From Bacillota bacterium (lineage in GTDB: Bacteria > Bacillota > Clostridia > Christensenellales > CAG-138), in the NCBI GenBank assembly GCA_023399275.1, contig JAEWQH010000096.1, positions 2,190-66,189 of the forward strand: a DNA stretch of 64,000 bases, read 5' to 3'. The notes beneath the pieces are model-generated. The model made no database searches, had not been told where the DNA came from, and saw only the letters and a list, made by a program, of their open reading frames with translations. Position 1 is the stretch's first letter. Each line of letters begins with the position of its first letter. Of this stretch, positions 51,201 through 59,178 are shown piece after piece. The position numbers and the translations under genes are program-made.

Positions 51201-52175
51201 CTATCCCTTTTGAGCCGGAAGCGCTTCAGCGTTGGCATCCTGCCGGGTCCGCTTCGCCTTTGCGCCGCGCACGCTGAGCATGACGCCAAAGATGACGATC
51301 GCCCCGCCGATGAATTTGCGCGCCGTCACCTCTTCGCCCAACAGTGCCCAGGAGAAGAATACGCCGAAGATCGGCACGAGGTTGAGCATGGAAGTCACCG
51401 TGCTCGCCGCCATGGTCTTGAGCCCACGATTGTAGAGCAAGTATGCGAGCACCGAGCAAAACACGCCGAGAAACAGCATCATGGCAAACGAAAGCGACGT
51501 CGGCTGCCGCCACTCGCCCCGCTCAAACAGCGCAAGCGGCAGCAGAAACACCGTGCCGAACAACGTGGAGTAAAACAGCAGCGTAATCGGCGGATATCGG
51601 TTGACGACCTTCTTCGTCATAAAATTGTAGACCGCCCAGACGACGCCGGCAATCACCAGCAGCAGGATGCCGAGCAGTTCCCCATCCTGCCGCGCGTCTG
51701 GTTTTTCATAGGATAGGATAACCACGCCGCCGATGGCGATGAGGATCGCAACGATCTTGAGCGCGCTGAGCCTCGTTTGATAGATGGCGCTCTCGAGCAG
51801 AAGCGTGATAATCGGGTAGGATGCGATGATCAGCGTCGCGCTGGAGGCGGACGTCCACTGCATGGCGATGTTCTGCAGAACGGAATAGAGCGTGATTCCC
51901 GTCAGCCCGCACACGGCGAGCGTAAAAATATCCTTCTTCTCCAACCGGACGCGGTTCTTCGGCAGCAGCGTCAGCGCCCCCAGAATCAGCGTCGCCACCA
52001 CGAAGCGCGTTGCGGCAAGCGTAATCGGCGCATACGTCGCATACGCATACTTGATGGCGACAAACGACGAGCTCCAGATGATGAGCCCGCCCAGCACGGA
52101 GATGATGTTGCGCAGATTGGATCGATTCGACTCTGACACGGCTTGTTTCCCCTTGCGGTGAATTCTCGAAACCAC
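51201..52175 (-). CDS. DMT-superfamily (EamA-type) transporter
   Basis: Ten hydrophobic segments in two EamA-like halves. Start is GTG 52175 or GTG 52139. Confidence 0.8.
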   Translation of the reverse strand: MVSRIHRKGKQAVSESNRSNLRNIISVLGGLIIWSSSFVAIKYAYATYAPITLAATRFVVATLILGALTLLPKNRVRLEKKDIFTLAVCGLTGITLYSVLQNIAMQWTSASSATLIIASYPIITLLLESAIYQTRLSALKIVAILIAIGGVVILSYEKPDARQDGELLGILLLVIAGVVWAVYNFMTKKVVNRYPPITLLFYSTLFGTVFLLPLALFERGEWRQPTSLSFAMMLFLGVFCSVLAYLLYNRGLKTMAASTVTSMLNLVPIFGVFFSWALLGEEVTARKFIGGAIVIFGVMLSVRGAKAKRTRQDANAEALPAQKG

Positions 52176-52203
52176 AGCCGCATAGGCCGGCTACAGTTAG
52201 ATT

Positions 52204-52232
52204 ACCTTATTCTTTTTTGCACGAAATGTCAA
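52204..52232 (-). promoter_or_regulatory. Sigma-A-type promoter for the DMT transporter gene, TTGACA-17-TAAGGT
   Basis: Reverse strand: TTGACA (52232-52227), 17-nt spacer, TAAGGT (52209-52204). Confidence 0.5.
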
Positions 52233-52273
52233 GGAATCATATATGATATATGCGCTCTGCCCGACCTTTACGC

Positions 52274-52303
52274 GCAAAAACATCCCCCGTTTCCGGGGGA
52301 TGT
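52274..52303 (-). terminator. Rho-independent terminator after the GGGtGRT gene
   Basis: Reverse strand: ACATCCCCCG-gaaa-CGGGGGATGT (10-bp stem) followed by TTTTTGCG. Confidence 0.8.
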
Positions 52304-52321
52304 CCGGCAGTGAATCCCGCT

Positions 52322-53317
52322 TTATTTTGCCTGCGCGATGGCCACCGCGACGGCTACCGTTGCGCCGACCATCGGGTTGTTGCCCATACCGATGAGCCCC
52401 ATCATCTCGACGTGCGCCGGAACGGACGAAGAGCCGGCAAACTGTGCGTCGGAGTGCATGCGGCCCATGGTGTCGGTCATGCCATAGGAGGCGGGACCTG
52501 CGGCCATGTTGTCCGGGTGCAGGGTGCGGCCCGTGCCGCCGCCGCTCGCCACGGAGAAGTACTTCTTGCCGTGTTCGTTGCACCATTTTTTATAGGTGCC
52601 TGCAACCGGGTGCTGGAAGCGCGTCGGGTTCGTGGAGTTTCCGGTGATGGAGACGTCCACATTCTCATGGCGCATAATGGCAACGCCTTCGTTTACATCA
52701 TCCGCGCCGTAGCAGCGAACCTTTGCGCGGTCTCCGTCGGAGAACGCCTTGGTGTCGGTAACGTTCAGCTTGCCGGTGTAGTAATCATACTCCGTCTCGA
52801 GGTAGGTAAACCCGTTGATGCGGGAGATGATATACGCCGCGTCCTTCCCCAGACCGTTTAGGATGACCTGAAGCGGCTTGGTGCGAACCTTGTTGGCGGT
52901 CTTTGCGATGCCGATCGCGCCTTCCGCGGCGGCAAAGCTCTCGTGCCCGGCAAGGAAGCAGAAGCAGTTGGTCTCTTCGCGCAGCAGCATGGCAGCAAGG
53001 TTGCCGTGGCCCAGGCCCACTTCGCGCTGATCCGCAACCGACCCGGGGATGCAAAATGCCTGCAGTCCGAGGCCGATGGCCTCCGCCGCCTTATCTGCCG
53101 AGGTCGCCCCGGTCTTGATGGCGATCGCCGCGCCGACAGCGTAAGCCCAGCAGGCGTTATCAAACGCGATGGGCTGAATGCCGCGGACGATGGAAAATAC
53201 GTCGATCCCCTTTGCATCGCAGATGGCTTTCGCCTCTTCAATGCCGCCGATGCCGTATGTCTTGAGCTCTGCGTTGATCTTATCGATTCTTCTCTCGTAA
53301 CCTTCAAAAATAGCCAT
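52322..53317 (-). CDS. GGGtGRT family protein (function unknown)
   Basis: 331 aa. Contains the family-defining SGGGTGRTLHPDN motif and the conserved C-terminal GLIGMGNNPMVGATVAVAVA. Start at ATG 53317. Confidence 0.8.
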   Translation of the reverse strand: MAIFEGYERRIDKINAELKTYGIGGIEEAKAICDAKGIDVFSIVRGIQPIAFDNACWAYAVGAAIAIKTGATSADKAAEAIGLGLQAFCIPGSVADQREVGLGHGNLAAMLLREETNCFCFLAGHESFAAAEGAIGIAKTANKVRTKPLQVILNGLGKDAAYIISRINGFTYLETEYDYYTGKLNVTDTKAFSDGDRAKVRCYGADDVNEGVAIMRHENVDVSITGNSTNPTRFQHPVAGTYKKWCNEHGKKYFSVASGGGTGRTLHPDNMAAGPASYGMTDTMGRMHSDAQFAGSSSVPAHVEMMGLIGMGNNPMVGATVAVAVAIAQAK

Positions 53318-53327
53318 AGCTGCCTCC

Positions 53328-54020
53328 TTACGCTTTCCGCGGGTCGATAACCTTGGCGGCCTGGTCGAAACGCCCGTAGGTACCAATGTTTTTTTCGTAC
53401 GCTTCCTTCGGATCGACGCCCTTCTTGATGGCGTCCATCATCTTGCCGAGGTTGACGAACTTGTAGCCGATGATCTCTCCGCCTTCGTCGAGCGCGATGC
53501 CGAGCACGTAGCCCTCGGCCATCTCCAGATAGCGCGGGCCTTTGGCGAGCGTGCCGTACATGGTGCCGATCTGAGAGCGAAGGCCCTTGCCGAGGTCCTC
53601 AAGCCCCGCGCCGATGGGCAACCCGTCGTCGGAAAACGCGCTCTGCGTGCGGCCGTAGACGATCTGCAAAAACAGCTCGCGCATAGCGGTGTTGATCGCG
53701 TCGCAGACGAGGTCGCTGTTGAGCGCCTCCAGAATGGTTTTGCCCGGCAGGATCTCCGCCGCCATGGCAGCCGAGTGCGTCATGCCGCTGCAGCCGAGCG
53801 TCTCCACCAGCGCTTCCTCGATCACCCCGTTTTTCACGTTGAGCGTGAGCTTGCAGGCGCCTTGCTGCGGCGCACACCAGCCGACGCCATGCGTCAGTCC
53901 GCTGATGTCGGTGATCTGCTTTGCCTTAACCCACTTGCCCTCCTCGGGGATCGGAGCAGGGTCATGCTTTGCGCCTTTGAGGACGCAGGTCATTTCTTCC
54001 ACTTCACTGGAATAATGCAT
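53328..54020 (-). CDS. IscU/NifU-like N-terminal scaffold domain protein with ~100-aa C-terminal extension
   Basis: YSSEV...GVGWCAPQQGACKLTLNVKNGVIEEALVETLGCSGMTHSAAMAAEILPGKTILEAL parallels the IscU consensus (GxPxCGDxMxLxIKV...I.DA.F.TFGCGSAIASSS...GKT..EA). A strong RBS AAGGAGG lies upstream. It ends 10 nt upstream of the GGGtGRT gene. Confidence 0.65.
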   Translation of the reverse strand: MHYSSEVEEMTCVLKGAKHDPAPIPEEGKWVKAKQITDISGLTHGVGWCAPQQGACKLTLNVKNGVIEEALVETLGCSGMTHSAAMAAEILPGKTILEALNSDLVCDAINTAMRELFLQIVYGRTQSAFSDDGLPIGAGLEDLGKGLRSQIGTMYGTLAKGPRYLEMAEGYVLGIALDEGGEIIGYKFVNLGKMMDAIKKGVDPKEAYEKNIGTYGRFDQAAKVIDPRKA

Positions 54021-54045
54021 GTGTGAAGTTCCTCCTTGTCATGCT

Positions 54046-54067
54046 GTGAATACCCAAATAGATTCAC
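54046..54067. promoter_or_regulatory. Inverted repeat GTGAAT-N10-ATTCAC at the predicted transcript start of the IscU-like/GGGtGRT operon (candidate operator)
   Basis: 6-bp perfect arms located between the -10 box (54073-54078) and the RBS. Confidence 0.35.
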
Positions 54068-54072
54068 GATAC

Positions 54073-54101
54073 AGTATAGCAAAAGCACATGCGTCTTTCA
54101 A
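54073..54101 (-). promoter_or_regulatory. Sigma-A-type promoter, TTGAAA-17-TATACT
   Basis: Reverse strand: TTGAAA (54101-54096), 17-nt spacer, TATACT (54078-54073). Confidence 0.65.
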
Positions 54102-54184
54102 TACGCCGTGATCGAATTCTGATGCAGCCAAGCGTTTGATTTTTCGCGCGGCGTCACGCCGCCCTTTCGGTCTCGCGCCCGACT

Positions 54185-54877
54185 GTGCTATACTGGATGC
54201 AGCCGATTGATTGGGGGAACAACCGATTGCCGTATCTCTTCGCCGCCCTGTATGCGCTCGACGCCGCCGTGCAGCTCTACTGCTGCTCCGGCCGGGGACA
54301 TCTGATGCTCCGCCGCGTCAGCAAGTGCCTGCTGATGCCGCTGCTTGCGGCGTGCTACGCCTCGTTTGCCCACTCGTTTTCTCCGCTTGTGCTGACGGCG
54401 ATCCTCTGCGGCTTTGCCGGAGACCTCGTGCTGCTCTTCCGCCCGCGCCGTTGGGCGTTTCCGGCAGGCATGCTCACCTTCGCGGCGGGACACGTATTTT
54501 ACGCCATATATTTTTTGCAGAGCTTGACCGCCGCGCCGCCGTGGTATGCGCTTGCACTGCTGGCCGCCGTCAGCATCGCCTGCGCGGCGATCCTGCTATG
54601 CTATCTTTGGAAGGGGCTGCCGCGAAAGCTCCGTCCCCCAAGCTTCATCTATATGCTGGTCATCGCGGGGATGGCGTCCTGCGCGCTGCTGTTTGCGATC
54701 TATGGCGCTTCGCCGTATCGCATGCTTGCCGCATTTGGCGGACTGTTTTTTGTCGCCTCCGACACGACGCTGTCGATCGACGCGTTTCATCATCCTCTCC
54801 GCGGCAGAAACATCATCGTGATGTCCACCTATATACTCGCGCAGTCGCTGATCGTCTCCGCGCTTGCGCTTGCCTGA
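54185..54877 (+). CDS. YhhN family membrane protein (lysoplasmalogenase-like)
   Basis: About 8 TM segments. LYFAALYALDAAVQLY-type N-terminus, GDLVLL and FFVASDTTLSI motifs typical of YhhN/TMEM86. Start is GTG 54185 or ATG 54197. Confidence 0.75.
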   Translation: MLYWMQPIDWGNNRLPYLFAALYALDAAVQLYCCSGRGHLMLRRVSKCLLMPLLAACYASFAHSFSPLVLTAILCGFAGDLVLLFRPRRWAFPAGMLTFAAGHVFYAIYFLQSLTAAPPWYALALLAAVSIACAAILLCYLWKGLPRKLRPPSFIYMLVIAGMASCALLFAIYGASPYRMLAAFGGLFFVASDTTLSIDAFHHPLRGRNIIVMSTYILAQSLIVSALALA

Positions 54878-54902
54878 CCGATCGATTTTTTTAGGAGCCG
54901 TT

Positions 54903-56198
54903 ATGCCGACCGAAGTGATTGTATTGATCTTGTCCATCGTTGTTTTCGCCGCGATGATCCTGCTGCTCGTCTACGTTATCCGCAGGCAGCAGTCTCTGCA
55001 CGACGCCATGCAGGAAGCGCTGGATCGCGCGCTCTCCGACCTGCGGCGCGAGCTCGGCGAGGGCGTCCAATCGTCCGTATCCCATCTTGGGCGCATGATC
55101 CTGGATCAGCAGCGCGCTGCAAACGCGCAGGGTGAAACGCGCTTCAAGACCTTTGAGCAAGGAAATGAACAGCGGCTCAAGTCCTTCGAATTCAATAACG
55201 AACAAAAGCTGGAAGCCATCCGCCAAACGGTAGAGCGCCGGCTGGTCACCATGCAGAACGACAACGCGCAAAAACTCGACGAGATGCGGAAGATCGTGGA
55301 CGAAAAGCTGCAGCAAACGCTCGAAACCAAGGTGGCGCAGTCCTTCAAGCTCGTCAACGAACGCCTCGAACAGGTCTACAAAGGCCTCGGCGAGATGCAG
55401 ACGCTGGCCAACGGCGTTGGCGACCTCAAGAAGGTGCTCAGTAACGTCAAGACGCGCGGGATCCTCGGCGAAATCCAGCTTGGCGCAATTCTCGAGGAGA
55501 TTCTCGCGCCGGAGCAGTATGAAACCAACGCCGTCACCAAAAACGGCAGCACGGATCGCGTGGAATACGCCGTCAAACTGCCGACCGAGGAGGGCACGCC
55601 GGTCTACCTGCCCATCGACTCCAAATTCCCGGCCGACCTGTATGCGAATCTGCAGGACGCGTATGAATCCGGCTCACCCGAAGCGGTCACCACAGCCATC
55701 TCCGCGCTGACACAGCGCATCAAGCAGGAAGCGGCAAAGATACGAGATAAATATCTCGACCCGCCGTATACAACCGACTTTGCGATCATGTTCCTTCCGT
55801 TTGAGGGGCTGTATGCAGAGGTTGTCAACCGCGGGCTTGTGGAGGAGCTGCAGCGCAGCTACCGCGTCAATATCGCAGGGCCTTCCACCATGGCGGCCAT
55901 GCTCAACAGTCTGCAGATGGGGTTTCGCACGTTTGCGATCCAGAAGCGCAGCAGCGAGGTCTGGCGCGTGCTCGGCGCGGTCAAGACGGAGTTTGCGAAG
56001 TTCAGTAATGTGCTGGCCAGTTCGCGCAAGCGCCTGCAGCAGGTGGACGACGAGCTGGAGCAACTCATCGGCACCCGCACCCGCGCCATTACGCGAAATC
56101 TGCGTGCGGTGGAGCAGCTTGATGAGCGCAGCTCCACCATGATCATCGGCGCGCTTTCAGAGAGCGACGCAGATGAAAGCGATCCCCCGTCCGCCTGA
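54903..56198 (+). CDS. rmuC: DNA recombination protein RmuC
   Basis: N-terminal TM, long coiled coil, then the conserved RmuC nuclease-like C-domain (VEYAVKLP...YLPIDSKFP...DFAIMFLPFEGLYAEV). ATG 54903 has AGGAG upstream. Confidence 0.88.
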   Translation: MPTEVIVLILSIVVFAAMILLLVYVIRRQQSLHDAMQEALDRALSDLRRELGEGVQSSVSHLGRMILDQQRAANAQGETRFKTFEQGNEQRLKSFEFNNEQKLEAIRQTVERRLVTMQNDNAQKLDEMRKIVDEKLQQTLETKVAQSFKLVNERLEQVYKGLGEMQTLANGVGDLKKVLSNVKTRGILGEIQLGAILEEILAPEQYETNAVTKNGSTDRVEYAVKLPTEEGTPVYLPIDSKFPADLYANLQDAYESGSPEAVTTAISALTQRIKQEAAKIRDKYLDPPYTTDFAIMFLPFEGLYAEVVNRGLVEELQRSYRVNIAGPSTMAAMLNSLQMGFRTFAIQKRSSEVWRVLGAVKTEFAKFSNVLASSRKRLQQVDDELEQLIGTRTRAITRNLRAVEQLDERSSTMIIGALSESDADESDPPSA

Positions 56199-56218
56199 TA
56201 TTTCAAGCTGAGCGCAAA

Positions 56219-56254
56219 ATCAAGGCCACCCGAAAAAACGGGCGGCCTTGATTC
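56219..56254. terminator. Bidirectional terminator hairpin between convergent rmuC and the DUF134 gene
   Basis: AATCAAGGCCACCCG-aaaaaa-CGGGCGGCCTTGATT (15-nt arms, one mismatch). Confidence 0.65.
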
Positions 56255-56271
56255 TTATCCGGCGCTCGCGG

Positions 56272-56619
56272 CTATTGACCGCCCCGGTGCTTTCGGCAGC
56301 CGCCGCAGGCGCAGCTCTCCTCCGCAGCGTCGCAAAGGACATAGTCCCCGCCGCGAATCACAAGGCTCTTGGCGTTGACGAGCACATCCGCCAGCTTCTT
56401 TCGCGCTTCGTTATAGATGCCCTGCACGGTCGTCCGCGCAACGTGCATCTGCGCGGCGCATTCCTCCTGGGTAAACCCCATCAAGTCGATCAGCCGTATG
56501 GTTTCATATTCGTCTACCGACATGACGACATTCTCGCTCGAGGCGCGCTCTCCGAGCGGGCCAAACGCCGCATTCCACGGCAAGCAGCAGACACGCCGGC
56601 ACTTCCTCGGTCTCGGCAT
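56272..56619 (-). CDS. DUF134 (UPF0251) family predicted DNA-binding protein with C-terminal Cys cluster
   Basis: The hallmark N-terminus MPRPRKCRRV, an HTH-like core (GFTQEECAAQMHVARTTV) and C-terminal CDAAEESCACGGC. GGGAGGAG RBS. Confidence 0.8.
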   Translation of the reverse strand: MPRPRKCRRVCCLPWNAAFGPLGERASSENVVMSVDEYETIRLIDLMGFTQEECAAQMHVARTTVQGIYNEARKKLADVLVNAKSLVIRGGDYVLCDAAEESCACGGCRKHRGGQ

Positions 56620-56821
56620 CGCAAAATCTCCTCCCAGTCCGCGAAGGATTATTTCTCGCGCCCAGTGGGCGGATCAAATCGCTGTCTATCAGTGTACACC
56701 CCCTTGGCGTGCCCGTCAATTTCCACTGCCTCTTCGGCGATGGATCACAGCCTGGCAACGACGTATTTCCCACCGCGGATCGTGCAATCATCGGTTCTTC
56801 AAAGGAAAATCTCTATTTTTA

Positions 56822-56850
56822 TTGACTTGCGGCGTATTCGATAGTATGCT
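56822..56850 (+). promoter_or_regulatory. Sigma-A-type promoter for the peroxiredoxin gene, TTGACT-17-TATGCT
   Basis: TTGACT 56822-56827, 17-nt spacer, TATGCT 56845-56850. Leader of about 145 nt. Confidence 0.55.
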
Positions 56851-56913
56851 CGAAATATGGCATATGTCGCTTTCGTCTTGCATCACCCGGTGCATGAACC
56901 CGGTTAAATCTTG

Positions 56914-56957
56914 GTGACTTTGTCACATTCTTGCATGGGTTATCCTGATATTATCAG
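56914..56957. promoter_or_regulatory. Two palindromes in the peroxiredoxin leader (candidate operators)
   Basis: GTGAC-TTT-GTCAC (56914-56926) and CTGATA-T-TATCAG (56945-56957). The second resembles a shortened Fur/PerR-type 7-1-7 box. Confidence 0.3.
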
Positions 56958-57000
56958 TATCAGTAACTAATACTATTATTTTTCAAGGAGGTTAAAGAAC

Positions 57001-57678
57001 ATGGACGAAATGACTTACGGACGGATGCCGCTCATCGGTGATACTGCTCCTTCCTTTGGGGCCAAGACCACGCAGGGCGAGATCCATTTCCCGGAAGACT
57101 ATAAGGGGAAATGGGTCATCCTCTTCTCCCACCCCGCCGACTTTACCCCTGTTTGCACAACCGAATTTATGACGTTTGCCACCATGGCAGATGAATTCAA
57201 GGCGTTGAATACCGAGCTCATCGGCCTCTCTGTCGATTCGCTCTATGCGCATATCGCCTGGCTGCGCAAGATTCAGGAGATCGGTTGGAACGGCATGAAT
57301 CATGTCGAAGTCAAGTTCCCGCTCATCGAGGATATACGCATGGACGTCGCCAACAAGTTTGGCATGATCCAGCCCGGGCAGTCCAACACACAGGCCGTGC
57401 GCGCGGTATTCGTGATCGACCCGGACGCGAAGATTCGCACCATTCTCTACTACCCGCTCTCGACCGGGCGCAATTTTGACGAGATCAAGCGCATCATCCT
57501 CGCCCTGCAGAAGGCGGATGCAGACAGCGTCGCCACTCCGGCCAATTGGCGGCCCGGAGACGATGTGATCGTTCCGACCGCCGGCTCCTGCGGCGTTGCC
57601 AAGGAGCGCATGGAGAGCCAGAACGACGATCAGTATTGTCTCGACTGGTTCATGTGCTTCCGCAAAGAAAAGAAATAG
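57001..57678 (+). CDS. Peroxiredoxin (Prx6/archaeal-type AhpC-TSA family)
   Basis: GDTAPSFGAKTTQGEIHF...WVILFSHPADFTPVCTTEF peroxidatic Cys motif. C-terminal Cys pair (CLDWFMC). AAGGAGG RBS. Confidence 0.92.
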   Translation: MDEMTYGRMPLIGDTAPSFGAKTTQGEIHFPEDYKGKWVILFSHPADFTPVCTTEFMTFATMADEFKALNTELIGLSVDSLYAHIAWLRKIQEIGWNGMNHVEVKFPLIEDIRMDVANKFGMIQPGQSNTQAVRAVFVIDPDAKIRTILYYPLSTGRNFDEIKRIILALQKADADSVATPANWRPGDDVIVPTAGSCGVAKERMESQNDDQYCLDWFMCFRKEKK

Positions 57679-57711
57679 TCTATCGATTCGGCAGATTCAG
57701 CCGTGATATGC

Positions 57712-57741
57712 AAAGGCCCGTCCTGTTTGGGGCGGGTCTTT
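57712..57741 (+). terminator. Terminator hairpin after the peroxiredoxin gene
   Basis: AAAGGCCCGTCC-tgttt-GGGGCGGGTCTTT (12 bp incl. 2 G-U) running into a T-rich tail. Confidence 0.6.
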
Positions 57742-57757
57742 CATTATCCTTTTCTGC

Positions 57758-58018
57758 TTATCCTTTTTTGCTCCGTGTATAGAATTCTTTCAGCTCCCGT
57801 TTGATCTCGTCGTCCAGATTGTGCCAGCGCACACCACGGATCGCGCCCTCCAGCGCGCAGAGCCGCATATAGCAGGCGGAAGGATCGATTGCAGCGATTT
57901 GCAGCCAAGCCTCACGGCTTCCCGCCTTACGCAGCGCGTCTGCGCTCGCAATGCCGACTGCCTCCAACTGCGCCTCCAACTTTTGAGCGATATTCGGCAG
58001 TGTTTGCAGGTCTCCCAT
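57758..58018 (-). CDS. TfoX C-terminal domain protein (stand-alone)
   Basis: 86 aa. LQTLPNIAQKLEAQLEAVGIASADALRKAGSREAWLQI... matches the helix-hairpin-helix TfoX_C domain. Start at ATG 58018 (GAGGAGG upstream). Confidence 0.7.
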   Translation of the reverse strand: MGDLQTLPNIAQKLEAQLEAVGIASADALRKAGSREAWLQIAAIDPSACYMRLCALEGAIRGVRWHNLDDEIKRELKEFYTRSKKG

Positions 58019-58042
58019 GACGCCGCACCTCCTCATTTCGGT

Positions 58043-58528
58043 TCAGCCGTGGTTATGCTCCAGATAAACGGAGCCGAGAAACCGGGGTGTTACATCGGAA
58101 AGCAGGTCCGAAAATGCCGCGTGCACCTCGCCGGGCAGAAGCCTGATCTTCGGTATATCGTGTACTGAAACCCACTCCGTCGCAATCTGTGAATCGTCCG
58201 TTTCCGTCGGTTCCGTCCGTTTCGCGGAACGCAAGCGGCAAAGGAAAACATGCAGCATCTTGTGGGCATACTGCGGGTAGCTTTCCCGGATAAACGGATC
58301 GAGGCAGATCTCCTCCATCAGCGCGCAAAAGCGCACGGGCTCAACGGAGTACCCCGTCTCCTCCAGGCACTCGCGGCGGATTGCCTCCGCAATGGTCTCA
58401 TACTGCTCTTGCCCGCCGCCAGGGAGCGAGTAATACTCCCCGATATGCGGGCTCTTGTTGCGGTTGAGGAGCACCTTGCCCTCATGTAAGACAATCACCT
58501 TGACCGTGCTGCGAATGCCCATAGCCAT
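58043..58528 (-). CDS. NUDIX hydrolase
   Basis: Nudix box LPGGGQEQYETIAEAIRRECLEETG (GX5EX7REUXEEXGU). Confidence 0.88.
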   Translation of the reverse strand: MAMGIRSTVKVIVLHEGKVLLNRNKSPHIGEYYSLPGGGQEQYETIAEAIRRECLEETGYSVEPVRFCALMEEICLDPFIRESYPQYAHKMLHVFLCRLRSAKRTEPTETDDSQIATEWVSVHDIPKIRLLPGEVHAAFSDLLSDVTPRFLGSVYLEHNHG

Positions 58529-58542
58529 CCCCTCTCCGACAC

Positions 58543-58941
58543 TTATACGCCGCGCGTAAAACCAAGATAGCGTGTCCCCTGAAAGGTCAGCCTTCCCGCG
58601 TCCCCTTCGGCCAGCAACCCGTATTCGCCGCCGTCGATATGGAACTCGATCCGGTCTCCGCTCTCCACTTCAAACGTAGCGTAGTAGTCTGTGCTGGAGT
58701 AACTCGAATTCATAGTATTGTTCGCAGTGTTCGCGTGATGATGATAGGTTACATCCGATCGCTTGGTCACCACCCTTGCGTCTACTGTCAGGACGGGCGA
58801 ATCGTTGTTTCGCTTCCACTGGCGCGCACCCTGCACCGCCCGGTAGATGATCAATCCGAAGACGACCACAAAACCGATTCCGATGATGATGGGCACGATG
58901 GTAAACATAAGCCCGGAGCCGTCAAATGGATCAAAAAACAT
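58543..58941 (-). CDS. DUF2500 family membrane-anchored protein
   Basis: N-terminal TM (MFTIVPIIIGIGFVVVFGLIIY) followed by PVLTVDARVVTKRSDV...YYATFEVESGDRIEFHIDGGEYGLLAEGDAGRLTFQGTRYLGF, the typical DUF2500 pattern. Start at ATG 58941. Confidence 0.75.
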   Translation of the reverse strand: MFFDPFDGSGLMFTIVPIIIGIGFVVVFGLIIYRAVQGARQWKRNNDSPVLTVDARVVTKRSDVTYHHHANTANNTMNSSYSSTDYYATFEVESGDRIEFHIDGGEYGLLAEGDAGRLTFQGTRYLGFTRGV

Positions 58942-59178
58942 AAAGCACCTCTTGCGTTTGGTCTGCAGCAGCCGGCTGCGAATCGTAGCACACGAGCCTA
59001 CGGACAAATGCCGGCATGTTTCACGACGGCACCGCCCGCGAAGAAGCGGCGCCGAAGAAACGCTTTGCTTTAAAGGCCGGCGCGCCCCATCGATGAACAG
59101 TATACCAGACATAAAGAAGCGCCGGGACGGTAAAATGCAAAAATCGATCGGGTTTCTGTGAACCCTCTGTGAAATCCG

